From assembly GCA_937893495.1 (NCBI GenBank), contig CALBIE010000023.1:1-60022 (forward strand): a stretch of DNA of 60,022 nucleotides. Reading direction: 5' to 3'. Positions 35,439 to 44,859 of this stretch are shown here, one piece after another (position 1 is the stretch's first letter; every line of letters begins with the position of its first letter). Source of the stretch: an uncultured Verrucomicrobiales bacterium (GTDB lineage: Bacteria; Verrucomicrobiota; Verrucomicrobiia; Limisphaerales; JAYPXF01). The position numbers and the translations under genes are program-made. The notes beneath the pieces were generated by a model that did not search any database, was not told where the DNA came from, and saw only the letters and a list, made by a program, of their open reading frames with translations.

Positions 35439-36542
35439 TCAAACGTTGAATCGAAACAACATCACGTCGCCGTCTTTCACCACGTATTCCTTGCCTTCCA
35501 TCCGATACTTTCCGGCATCGCGCGCTGCCGCGACCGAGCCTGCGGCCATCAGAGCATCGTAACCGACCGTCTCGGCCTTGATAAAACCACGCTCAAAGTC
35601 GGTGTGAATCACTCCGGCGGCTTGCGGCGCGGTGTCGCCGGAATGAATGGTCCAGGCCCGAACCTCTTTTTCGCCGGCCGTGAAATAAGTGCGCAAGCCC
35701 AGCAGATGATAAACGCTGCGAATCAGCGAACCGACTCCACTTTCCTGAACACCAAGGTCGGTCAAAAATTCCTTCGCTTCATCTTCCGAGAGATCGATCA
35801 GCTCGCTTTCAATTTGAGCGCTGATGATGACCGTCTCGCAACCGATGTGGTTCTTTGCGTAATCCCTGACCACCTGCACATGCGGGTTGTCATCGGCCGT
35901 CGCGAGGTCGGTTTCCTTCACGTTCGTTGCAAAGATCGTCGGCTTGTTGGTCAGGAGATAGAATTCCCGGGCCACTTCGCGTTCCGCCTCTTCAAGGTCG
36001 AGGGTGAGCGCCGGTTTGCCGGCATCGAGGTGGGGGATGAGCCTGGTCAATACTGCTTCCTGGGCAATGGCGTCCTTGTCTCCGCGCTTGGCGTCCTTGG
36101 CGACGCGATCCCGTTTTTTTGTCGCGGCCTCCAAATCGGCCAGCACGAGTTCGGTAAAGACTGTCTCGATGTCGCGCAGGGGATCGATAGTGCCCGCGAC
36201 ATGATGAATGTCGCTGTCCTCGAAACAGCGCACGACCTGGACGATCGCATCGACTTCGCGAATGTGGCTGAGGAATTTATTGCCCAGTCCTTCGCCCTGG
36301 CTGGCCCCTTTCACCAACCCGGCGATATCAACAAACTCGACGGCCGCCGGGATGATGACGCTGGTCCTGGCGATTTTCGACAACGGTTCCAACCGCGCAT
36401 CGGGGACCGTGACCACGCCGATATTGGGGTCAATGGTGCAAAAGGGATAATTTGCCGATTCCGCCTTGCGGGTGCGGGTAACGGCGTTGAACAGGGTGGA
36501 TTTGCCCACGTTGGGCAGTCCGACAATTCCGGCTTTGAGCAT
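35439..36542 (-). CDS. ychF: Redox-regulated ATPase YchF
   Basis: [20 protein letters not shown]...[10 protein letters not shown]... is followed by a C-terminal TGS-like [12 protein letters not shown]. The protein is 367 aa. Confidence 0.95.
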   Translation of the reverse strand: MLKAGIVGLPNVGKSTLFNAVTRTRKAESANYPFCTIDPNIGVVTVPDARLEPLSKIARTSVIIPAAVEFVDIAGLVKGASQGEGLGNKFLSHIREVDAIVQVVRCFEDSDIHHVAGTIDPLRDIETVFTELVLADLEAATKKRDRVAKDAKRGDKDAIAQEAVLTRLIPHLDAGKPALTLDLEEAEREVAREFYLLTNKPTIFATNVKETDLATADDNPHVQVVRDYAKNHIGCETVIISAQIESELIDLSEDEAKEFLTDLGVQESGVGSLIRSVYHLLGLRTYFTAGEKEVRAWTIHSGDTAPQAAGVIHTDFERGFIKAETVGYDALMAAGSVAAARDAGKYRMEGKEYVVKDGDVMLFRFNV

Positions 36543-36659
36543 AATTCAGTTGCGCCGCCGCGAATGGGCGGCGGGGCAAAGGTGCAAATGATTTCGCCGG
36601 AGGCAAGATCAATCTGCCCCGGAGACGGGGATATCCAGACTTGCCGCTCGGTTTTGTCG

Positions 36660-37691
36660 CTATCGGTTCCGGTGATAGTGAAGGCCGTGATTGATTATCA
36701 ACTGGAGAAGTTCATCATACGGCACGCCGGAATGTTCCACCGCCTCAGGGAAATCCTCGCCATAGGACAGGCTCGGATTCGGGTTGGCTTCGAGCAGGTA
36801 GAACTCACCTTCTTCCGTCATGCGGAAGTCCAATCGCGCGTAGCCGCTCAGGTAGAGTGCCCGGTAGATACGTTTGGCCAACCGACTCAGCTTGCGTTCC
36901 AGTTCCGGTGACAGGTTGGCGGGTTGGTTTTTCAGGCCGACCTTCTTCTGATATTCGTAATCCCATTTGAGCTTGCTGGTAGCGATGTTGGGTGCGCCTT
37001 CGGGCAGGTTCTCAATGACGAGTTCCCAGGGCACAAAGGTTTGCAGGCGCTCATTGCCGACGACGCTCGAGTAGATTTCCCGGCCCTTGATATACTGCTC
37101 GGCAATGGCCGGGCCGTCCGACTGCCGGTGGATGAACTGCGCTCGTTCGGCCAGGCTTTCGTCGTCGTTGCAGATGGAGGCATGAGAAATTCCGATCGAA
37201 CCTTCGGCATCCAGAGATTTTACCAACAAGGGAAACTTAAGGCGTTTGGGCCGCTTGACCTTGCGGCCGTATTGAAACACCGCGAATTCGGGAACCGGAA
37301 TTCGATGGTAGGAGAGTATTTTTTTGCAGAGTGCTTTGTCGTGCGCAAGGGTCAGTCCGCGCGGATTACAGCCGGTGTACGGAACCTTTTTCAACTCAAG
37401 ATAGCTTACCACATTTTGATCAAAGAGGAACTGCCCGTCAAACTCCTCCAACATGTTGAAGACGATATCGGGCTTGATCGTGTCCAGTGCCTCACGAATC
37501 ACCACCAGATCGCTGCGGAGACCGATCTTGTGCACCGTATGCCCCATCCCCTCCAGCGTGACGCAGACGTCGTACTCCATTTTCCATGGCTGGATCTCCT
37601 TGTCCGTCAGGCCGTCCGTCGAATCGGGAGGAACAAGATCTTCGTGCATCAGGGCGATGATGCACAGGGGCTTTTTGGCGATAAATTTCAT
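36660..37691 (-). CDS. ATP-grasp enzyme of the D-Ala-D-Ala ligase-like family
   Basis: The architecture is Ddl-like: HDKALCKKIL...FPLLVKSLDAEGSIGIS...EQYIKGREI...YARLDFRMTEEGEFYLLEANPNP. Confidence 0.8.
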   Translation of the reverse strand: MKFIAKKPLCIIALMHEDLVPPDSTDGLTDKEIQPWKMEYDVCVTLEGMGHTVHKIGLRSDLVVIREALDTIKPDIVFNMLEEFDGQFLFDQNVVSYLELKKVPYTGCNPRGLTLAHDKALCKKILSYHRIPVPEFAVFQYGRKVKRPKRLKFPLLVKSLDAEGSIGISHASICNDDESLAERAQFIHRQSDGPAIAEQYIKGREIYSSVVGNERLQTFVPWELVIENLPEGAPNIATSKLKWDYEYQKKVGLKNQPANLSPELERKLSRLAKRIYRALYLSGYARLDFRMTEEGEFYLLEANPNPSLSYGEDFPEAVEHSGVPYDELLQLIINHGLHYHRNR

Positions 37692-38698
37692 ACGGCGATG
37701 GGCAGGTAACCACTGTGGGCGAAATGCACGGCGTGGACGGTGAGAATCAACATGACCGTCTCACGGGTTGTCGTCGGCGTATCGCACAGTCGCAGTTTCA
37801 TTGCTTTGGATCGTTCCACCATGTTACGCACCAAAAAGTTGATGGCGTAAGGATGCATTCCCGATGCATGCGCAACCTTTTCACAGAGCTCGATTCGATG
37901 GCTCCGAAGGAACGCCGCCGCGGACATGCGCGATTTATACCTTGGCTCGTTGGAAAAGACACGCCTCAAATCGCGATCGTAATAACCAGGCCAGTCCACG
38001 GCGTAGAGCGTGCGCTTTTTTCGGTAATGCTCGACCAAAGTCATTTTGATTTCGCGGAGTGGTTCGACCTTGCGGCGGGTCTTGATGATCATCGGTTGGG
38101 ATCCGATCTCCTGCATCAACTCATCGACGTATTCGAGTTTCTCCAGGGCGGGCCAGCCTGCGTAGCGCTTGCGCCATGGGTAGCCGGGGGTCAGCCACAC
38201 GGCGAACGTCTCGGCGAAATCCTCGGCGGGATGCGCCTGGGCGTACCAACCGTTGAGATGGAGCACAAACTTGCGACTGTTCGGGCGCGGTTTATATGAA
38301 TCCGGATACCGGATGCTGGAGGGTCCGAACAATTCGCGCCAGCGTTTCCGCCGATGCAGGCGATAGGCATTGTCGATGGCGTGGCCGGCCTCGTGCCGCA
38401 GGATGCGCATGCACTCAAATTCGCTGGCACCTTCCGCTTCGAGCATGAATTTGCGCTCCAGCTTTATGAGCCGCGGGTGCGCGAGGTAAAACGGAATGGC
38501 AATGCCCGGCACGCCGTCGGGTGTGAACCATTCCTCACCCAGCCAGTAGTGCGGCCGAAAGCGCAGGCCCTTTGCGGCGAGTTCTTCATTCAGCTTTGCC
38601 ACGCGTTTGCGCAACACGGCATTGAGATCCAGCGCAAGGTCACTAAGTCGCAGCTTGAGCAGATTCCTTTCCGTGTACCTTTGCCAGCGGCGATTCAT
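37688..38698 (-). CDS. Putative zinc-binding metallopeptidase (HExxH)
   Basis: ILRHEAGHAIDNAY supplies the HExxH motif. Its stop overlaps the ATP-grasp start (ATGA at 37688-37691). ATG at 38698; the track start at 38716 is TTG. Confidence 0.7.
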   Translation of the reverse strand: MNRRWQRYTERNLLKLRLSDLALDLNAVLRKRVAKLNEELAAKGLRFRPHYWLGEEWFTPDGVPGIAIPFYLAHPRLIKLERKFMLEAEGASEFECMRILRHEAGHAIDNAYRLHRRKRWRELFGPSSIRYPDSYKPRPNSRKFVLHLNGWYAQAHPAEDFAETFAVWLTPGYPWRKRYAGWPALEKLEYVDELMQEIGSQPMIIKTRRKVEPLREIKMTLVEHYRKKRTLYAVDWPGYYDRDLRRVFSNEPRYKSRMSAAAFLRSHRIELCEKVAHASGMHPYAINFLVRNMVERSKAMKLRLCDTPTTTRETVMLILTVHAVHFAHSGYLPIAV

Positions 38699-38728
38699 CT
38701 TGTAGGCGATTCCCAATCTCCTAAACCG

Positions 38729-39409
38729 CTACAAGTTCCTGATAAACTCGTCGGCCCGGGCAATCGAAGTGTTCATGTCTGCGATGAGCTTGGTGATTTC
38801 CTCCTGAATGTTGATGGCCTCGCCTTTGAGCGATGCGATGGCTGCGGCGTTGAGATTGTGCTTCAGGAACAGCACGTGATCTTTGAACTTGGTGAGTACG
38901 GGGTCCATGCTTGCTTCGGCCTTCTTCAGCGCGGTCACCAGGGAATTGTAGCGGGTCTTTGTTTCGAGCATGGCGCTCTTGCTCTTGACCTTGAGGTTGA
39001 CCGTCTGGATTTCTTCAATCTCGCGCTCCCACTCTTCAAACAGAGCACCCGCCACCGCCTCGACCCCGGTAATCCGATCGCGCACGGCTTCTGCCTTTGC
39101 TTCGGATTCCTTGTATTCGCTTTCGAGCTGTTTGTAATGCTTCTCGATTTCGCCGCCGTCGAAGGCGTACATCGCTTTTAACTTGGTCAATGCGTCCTGG
39201 AATTGTTCACCCGCCTGCTTCTGCTCATCCCGTGCTGAGGCAACCCGCTTCTTGAGAATGTCTCGCTTGTGAACCCCGAAGGTTTCGGCGGTGGCGTAAT
39301 AAGCTGTGTTATAGGCTGTCTTGACCGTGCCGCAGCCAACTCCGGCTAGAAGGGCGGCGGATACGAAAATGATTTGAAGTTGTCTGGCCGTCGAAGTGCC
39401 GTTTTGCAT
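38729..39409 (-). CDS. DUF2959-family lipoprotein
   Basis: The lipobox is LLAGVGC. The sequence KTAYNTAYYATAETFGVHKRDILKKRVASARDEQKQAGEQFQDAL is typical of DUF2959. ATG at 39409. Confidence 0.7.
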   Translation of the reverse strand: MQNGTSTARQLQIIFVSAALLAGVGCGTVKTAYNTAYYATAETFGVHKRDILKKRVASARDEQKQAGEQFQDALTKLKAMYAFDGGEIEKHYKQLESEYKESEAKAEAVRDRITGVEAVAGALFEEWEREIEEIQTVNLKVKSKSAMLETKTRYNSLVTALKKAEASMDPVLTKFKDHVLFLKHNLNAAAIASLKGEAINIQEEITKLIADMNTSIARADEFIRNL

Positions 39410-39566
39410 TGCCGGTGAATCATTGGTCAAATCCAGTCCACGTCAAATAAATCTGACGGGCTTTCACGAAATCTCCACCGTCTCGGGTCGTTTAGGAAAA
39501 TACGGCTGTGGCTGGTTGGGCAAACGATTGACCGGGAACGGTTTTTCCCTATTTTAGCCGGACCTT

Positions 39567-42500
39567 ATGAAACGTTTGTTCCTTTCGGTTCTGACCTTGC
39601 CCTGTGTGGTGACACTCGTTGCCGCGGAGGTTGCTCCGACAAAGTTCGATTTCCCAATCTACAAAAATACGCCTCCTGGCAAGCAGGTTGGTGGTGTCCG
39701 GGCCGCGACGGCGACCGAGCCGCTCCCGGCGGCGGAGGCCCAGAAGCGTTTCAAGGTGCCGGACGGCTTTGAAGTCCGGCTCTTCGCCACGGAACCGGAG
39801 GTGGTCAATCCCGTGACCATGACGTGGGATTCGCGGGGTCGGCTTTGGGTGCTTGAGCTTTATGATTATCCGCTCGGAGCACCCAAGGGACAGAAGGGAC
39901 GCGACCGCATCAAGATTCTTGAGGACACCGATGCGGATGGCCGCGCGGACAAGGTCCACGTCTGGGCCGATGGTCTGAGTCTCGCCACCGGATTGCTCCT
40001 TGGCAACGGCGGCGCCTATGTCGGACAGGCGCCGCATCTGCTTTTCCTCAAGGACACGGATGGGGACGACCGCGCGGACACGCGTGAAGTGGTGATGACC
40101 GGTTTCGGCCTGGAGGATCGGCACGAGTTGCTCAACGGATTCACCTGGGGGCCGGACGGTTACCTCTACATGACCCACGGTGTCTTCACACGTTCAAAGG
40201 TGAAGAATCCGGATGACCCGAACGACGACGGCATCTACGTGGACGCGGCGGTGGCACGCTGGCATCCGCGCACAAAGAAATTCGAGGTGTTCGCCGATGG
40301 AACGAGCAATCCGTGGGGGGTCGATTTTGATTACGCGGGCAACGCCTTCATCAGCGCCTGTGTCATCGATCACATGTGGCACATGGCGCCTGGCGGCCAG
40401 TATCTGCGACAGGGCGGCACCTGGCCGAATCCATATGGCTATGCGGACATGCATTCGCAGCGCGGCGGCCTGCCCTCCATCGTGGATCATCGCCATCACA
40501 TGGCGGCCTATTGCGGCATCCAGATCTATCAGGGCAATCAGTATCCCGCAGAACACCTCGGCACCGTGCTCTGCGGCAACATCCACGACAACTCCGTTCA
40601 TCAGGATGTGCTGACGTCGAATGGTTCGAGCTTCAAATCGTCCTTCAAGCAGGATTTTGTCCGGGCGAATGACGGATGGTTCCGTCCCACCACACAGCTC
40701 GTCGGTCCCGATGGCGCGATTTGGATCTCTGATTGGTATGACAAGTATCCTTGCTACCAGAACGCGCGGGCGGACCCGGCGGGTGTGGACCGTGAGTACG
40801 GCCGCATCTGGCGCGTCGTTTACACCGGCAAACAAAAAGGGAAACTCGTGCCTTCGCGACCGGAGCGCGACATGGACGTTGCCGGATTGTCATCGATACA
40901 ATTGCTCAAGCTGCTGGAGCACGACAACATCTGGCAACGGCGGCAGGCTGCTCGACTCCTTGATGAGCGGCGCGAACCAGGTTCGCAAACAGGTTTGTTG
41001 CGGTTGCTCAATGGTGGAAGGAAAATTGAGCATCGCCTGCTCGCCCTGTGGACGCTGCACAACTGCGGTCAACTGACCGACAAACTGCTCGACACCCTTG
41101 GCAGCGATTCGGCCTTCGAAATCCGCGCCTGGGTCGCCCGCCTGACCGGCGAACGCGCCATCGGAAACGACCAGACGCTCGCGCGATTACAGGATCTTGC
41201 GCAGGACGACAGCCCTGTTGTTCGGCTCGCGGTCGCAACTGCCGCGCGGCAATTCGTGTCCGGCCAACTGACCGTCAACACGCCCCCTCCCGCAACGGTG
41301 GACAACGTGAGCATCAAAGACCTGCTCGCCACATTGATTCAATCTTCGCAGAAGGGCGACGACCCGTTGATTCCCTTTCTCATCTGGATGGCCGCCGAAC
41401 CGGTCGTGGTGGCTTCTCCGGCCGAATCGCTGGGTTGGCTGCGCGATCACGGTGAAGCCAACCTGCCCCTGAGCGGCCATATCACCCACAAGGCCGTGCG
41501 GCGTGTCTGCGATCTTCCCGGCACGACCGGACTGGATCGCGCTGTGGGATTGGTAGGCGAACTGAGAAACGACTCCGGTTTGCTCGTGCATGCGTTGCGC
41601 GGCATTGCCGCCGGCATGAAAGGGCGAGCGGAATCACCGACGGTGGCGACGGAAGATTTGATCGCCCGGTTGCTGAAACATTCGGACAAGGAAGTGCGCG
41701 GCCTCGCGCAACGCCTCGGTTCGCAATGGGGCAATGCCAGCGCCATGGAAAAGACCATCTCCGTCATCGCGGACGCCTCCGCGTCCGTGGCCGATCGCGT
41801 CAAGGCCGTGCAGGCCACGGCGCGATTGAAAAACAAGTCCGCGCGCGATTCACTCGTCGCCGCGCTGGGACGGAAAAACCCCGAGCCTCTGACGCTCGAG
41901 GTGATTCGTGCGCTCGGTCCGTTTGGATTGAACGAACTGCCCGACGTCTTTCTCGACCATTGGAGCGGGTTCAGCCCCAATGCCCGACGTGCCTCCGTCG
42001 AAGTGCTGGCCTCGCGCGATCGCTGGGCGTCATCGCTCCTCTCGGCGCTCGAACAGAAAAAAATCTCCCGAGACGATGTCCCCGTGACGGCCATGCGGAC
42101 ACTGCTGCGGTCCGGCGCGGATTTCGGGATGCTGGCCAAACGCGCCGGGCAGGTGTTCGGCAAGGTGCGCGACGCCGACAAGGACAAAGCCAAATTGATC
42201 GCCGCGAAGAAGAACATGATTCTCGGTTCCAAGGCAAAGGCCGATCTCAAACGCGGACGGGAACTCGCGACTCTGATCTGCCTGACCTGTCACAAACTGC
42301 ACGACGAGGGAACGGATTTGGAGATTGGCCCCAACCTCACCGGCGCCGGTCGCTCGACGCTCGACGCGTTGCTGGCGAACATCATCGACCCCAACCAGAT
42401 CATCGGCGCCGGATACGAGATGACCGAAGTTGTGACGAAAGACGGACAGACATTGAACGGACGCGTGGTCGAGAACAGCGCGACGCGCATTCGCCTGCTG

Positions 42501-43169
42501 GCGGCGGGTCCGCGCGAGGAAGTCGTGGCGAAGGCGGGCATCAAGTCGATGATGACCAGCGAGCTGTCGTTGATGCCGGAGGGACTCGCCGAACAGATGA
42601 GTGACGATGATTTCCGCAACCTCGTCGCCTACATCCTGAACCCGCCCGGCGACCAGCAGCCGTTCAGTTGGAAGAACGTGACGACTGACGCGCTGGTGAA
42701 TCCGAAGACTGGCGGCAACAAAACCGCAGGCAAATATCCGCGCATCGATTGGGAATCCGTTTCACATTGGAACCCGGACTGGCACGTCGTCGCTCCGGAA
42801 TTCGAAGGCACCCCGGTCAAGTTGGCCGATTACGAAGGACGCAAGGACGTCTTACGTACCCACCCATACGATCGCGAGAAGGCCAGCGGCATTGAGCGCG
42901 AAATCAACGTGGCGAAAGAAGGCAAAACCGCGTTGAACTTCTGGGTCGCGGCGTCCGAAAAGGGCGACTGGGAACTGCGCGTCCTCGCCGACGGCAAACC
43001 GATTCACCGGCAGACCGTTGATCAAAAGGCGGAACGCTGGAAACAGGTCAACGTGGATCTGTCGTCCTTCGCCGGAAGGAAGGTGAAGCTCCGCCTTGAA
43101 AATGCCGCCAATGGTTGGTCCTGGGAATTTGGGCATTGGGCTGGGATTGAAGTACGTAGTGGGAAGTAA
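39567..43169 (+). CDS. PVC-type heme-binding CxxCH protein (membrane-bound dehydrogenase-like beta-propeller + HEAT repeats + cytochrome c domain + C-terminal beta domain)
   Basis: A signal peptide is present. The N-terminus reads FEVRLFATEPEVVNPVTMTWDSRGRLWV. HEAT-like repeats follow. The heme motif CLTCHK is followed by IIDPNQII...SLMPEGL. The protein is 1200 aa. Confidence 0.85.
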   Translation: MKRLFLSVLTLPCVVTLVAAEVAPTKFDFPIYKNTPPGKQVGGVRAATATEPLPAAEAQKRFKVPDGFEVRLFATEPEVVNPVTMTWDSRGRLWVLELYDYPLGAPKGQKGRDRIKILEDTDADGRADKVHVWADGLSLATGLLLGNGGAYVGQAPHLLFLKDTDGDDRADTREVVMTGFGLEDRHELLNGFTWGPDGYLYMTHGVFTRSKVKNPDDPNDDGIYVDAAVARWHPRTKKFEVFADGTSNPWGVDFDYAGNAFISACVIDHMWHMAPGGQYLRQGGTWPNPYGYADMHSQRGGLPSIVDHRHHMAAYCGIQIYQGNQYPAEHLGTVLCGNIHDNSVHQDVLTSNGSSFKSSFKQDFVRANDGWFRPTTQLVGPDGAIWISDWYDKYPCYQNARADPAGVDREYGRIWRVVYTGKQKGKLVPSRPERDMDVAGLSSIQLLKLLEHDNIWQRRQAARLLDERREPGSQTGLLRLLNGGRKIEHRLLALWTLHNCGQLTDKLLDTLGSDSAFEIRAWVARLTGERAIGNDQTLARLQDLAQDDSPVVRLAVATAARQFVSGQLTVNTPPPATVDNVSIKDLLATLIQSSQKGDDPLIPFLIWMAAEPVVVASPAESLGWLRDHGEANLPLSGHITHKAVRRVCDLPGTTGLDRAVGLVGELRNDSGLLVHALRGIAAGMKGRAESPTVATEDLIARLLKHSDKEVRGLAQRLGSQWGNASAMEKTISVIADASASVADRVKAVQATARLKNKSARDSLVAALGRKNPEPLTLEVIRALGPFGLNELPDVFLDHWSGFSPNARRASVEVLASRDRWASSLLSALEQKKISRDDVPVTAMRTLLRSGADFGMLAKRAGQVFGKVRDADKDKAKLIAAKKNMILGSKAKADLKRGRELATLICLTCHKLHDEGTDLEIGPNLTGAGRSTLDALLANIIDPNQIIGAGYEMTEVVTKDGQTLNGRVVENSATRIRLLAAGPREEVVAKAGIKSMMTSELSLMPEGLAEQMSDDDFRNLVAYILNPPGDQQPFSWKNVTTDALVNPKTGGNKTAGKYPRIDWESVSHWNPDWHVVAPEFEGTPVKLADYEGRKDVLRTHPYDREKASGIEREINVAKEGKTALNFWVAASEKGDWELRVLADGKPIHRQTVDQKAERWKQVNVDLSSFAGRKVKLRLENAANGWSWEFGHWAGIEVRSGK

Positions 43170-43372
43170 TCGGAAATCGGTGCGACAAGCACTGACCTCT
43201 GAAAAGGCCTGGCGCAAGAATTCCGTCGGACGGTGGATTCCAATTCATCCAGAAAGCGGTTTCCCAAGCCGGTTGCTGCCGACTGGTTGGAAAATTCTCA
43301 GGACCGCGCATCGTTCAGTGTTTTAACTGCACAAAACATTGCGCTATTTGCAATCTTTTGTAGAGTCTAGTC

Positions 43373-43915
43373 ATGCAGCCGCTCAAGCAGTTGTCCCAGA
43401 CGCTCCGCTCGCTTGCGGACCGGGAGCACTGTGTGTTTGCGCCGTCCGATCTCGCGGGCGCCGTTCCAGGGTGCGGCCAGTTGGCGGTGCTGCTCTCCCG
43501 GGCGACAAAGGCGGGCGTGTTGAAGCGGGTTTGCCGGGGCATTTATCTGTATCCGGTTCCAGATTATCCGGCGGGGAGTCTGCTGTTTCACGCGGCGGCC
43601 CGGCTGCGGGCGGGCGAGTTCAATTACGTCAGTTTGGAAACGGTGCTGTGCGATGCGGGCGTGATTTCGCAACTGCCGATGAACTGGATCACCCTGATGA
43701 CCTCGGGTCGCAGCCACATCGTGGACTGCGGGGACCACGGACGCATCGAGTTCGTGCACACGGCGCAGCGGCCCACGGACGTGAGCGGTGAACTGACCTA
43801 CGACGCACCGCTCCATCTGTGGCGAGCATCGGTGAAACAGGCGTTCCGCGACATGAAGGCCACGCGGCGCAGTCTGGATCTCGTGGACCAGGAGGCGTTG
43901 CATGAGCTTGTTTGA
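43373..43915 (+). CDS. abiEi: AbiEi-family antitoxin (type IV TA / abortive infection)
   Basis: The sequence is CVFAPSDLAGAV...LLSRATKAGVLKRVCRGIYLY (AbiEi_4-type wHTH). It overlaps the downstream AbiEii gene by 14 nt. Confidence 0.8.
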   Translation: MQPLKQLSQTLRSLADREHCVFAPSDLAGAVPGCGQLAVLLSRATKAGVLKRVCRGIYLYPVPDYPAGSLLFHAAARLRAGEFNYVSLETVLCDAGVISQLPMNWITLMTSGRSHIVDCGDHGRIEFVHTAQRPTDVSGELTYDAPLHLWRASVKQAFRDMKATRRSLDLVDQEALHELV

Positions 43916-44768
43916 CCAACTGGTGGACGAGGCGCTCAAGTCACGCGCCGAACTCGCCACCTTGCGTTCCGTCGTGGAAAAGGAACTGCTGCATCACGAC
44001 ATCCTGCGCGAGATGAGCGAGGCCGGAATGCTCGCGGGGCTCACCTTCATCGGGGGAACCTGTCTGCGGGCCTGTTATGGATCCGCGCGACTGAGCGAAG
44101 ATCTGGACTTTACCGGCGGCAGCCATTTCCAGCGCGGAGACCTCGCCGATCTCGCGCGGGTGCTGACGGAACGGATGGAAATTCGATACGAACTGCCCGT
44201 GAGCGTCAGCGAGCCGGTCAGGACCGCCGGCCGGGTCTCGACCTGGAAGCTCATCATCGAGACGCGTCCGGGCCGCAAGCATCTGCCTGCGCAGCGCATC
44301 CATCTCGATATCTGCGCCATTCCGAGCCGCGATCCGCGCCCGATGATGCTGCGCAATCTCTACGGCGTCGATCTGGGCACCTCCGGCCTGCTCCTCCGTG
44401 CGCGGAGCCGTGAGGAAATTTTGGCCGACAAGATCATCGCGCTGGCATTCCGCGAGAACCGCGTGAAGAACCGTGACCTGTGGGACATCGCCTGGCTGGT
44501 GCAACAGGGCATCGAACTGCCTGCGGGACTGATCCCGCTCAAGGTGCGGGACCATCAACGCGAAAACGCGGAGTTTATCAGTCTGCTTCGGGAACGCGTG
44601 ACTGCCTTGAAGACATTGCCGGAAACGCGCGCGGATTTCATGCGGGAGATGCGTCGTTTCCTGCCCGCCGCGACGGTGCGGGACACGCTCGAAAAGCCGC
44701 CCTATTGGGAATACCTGACGCAGGTGCTGGAGGACCAAAGCGCGCGCGCCATCGGAGCGCTGGATTGA
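43902..44768 (+). CDS. abiEii: AbiEii/AbiGii-family nucleotidyltransferase toxin
   Basis: The motif is LTFIGGTCLRACYGSARLSEDLDFTGG, followed by RDLWDIAWL. A GGAGG Shine-Dalgarno sequence lies 6 nt upstream of the ATG at 43902. Confidence 0.85.
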   Translation: MSLFDQLVDEALKSRAELATLRSVVEKELLHHDILREMSEAGMLAGLTFIGGTCLRACYGSARLSEDLDFTGGSHFQRGDLADLARVLTERMEIRYELPVSVSEPVRTAGRVSTWKLIIETRPGRKHLPAQRIHLDICAIPSRDPRPMMLRNLYGVDLGTSGLLLRARSREEILADKIIALAFRENRVKNRDLWDIAWLVQQGIELPAGLIPLKVRDHQRENAEFISLLRERVTALKTLPETRADFMREMRRFLPAATVRDTLEKPPYWEYLTQVLEDQSARAIGALD

Positions 44769-44859
44769 AGAATCCACCGTTCAGTGTTCGAGAGCGGCAG
44801 AATGAAATGGATTTGTTCCTCACAAATCGGCAACACATGGCCGGTAGTATCTGACATTT

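Noticed and set aside
36543-36659. Two GC-rich hairpins (cgccgcc-N7-ggcggcg; ccccg-gaga-cgggg) downstream of the ATP-grasp gene as intrinsic terminators
   Set aside because: Neither stem is followed by a U-rich tract on the transcribed (minus) strand, so a rho-independent terminator call is not supported.
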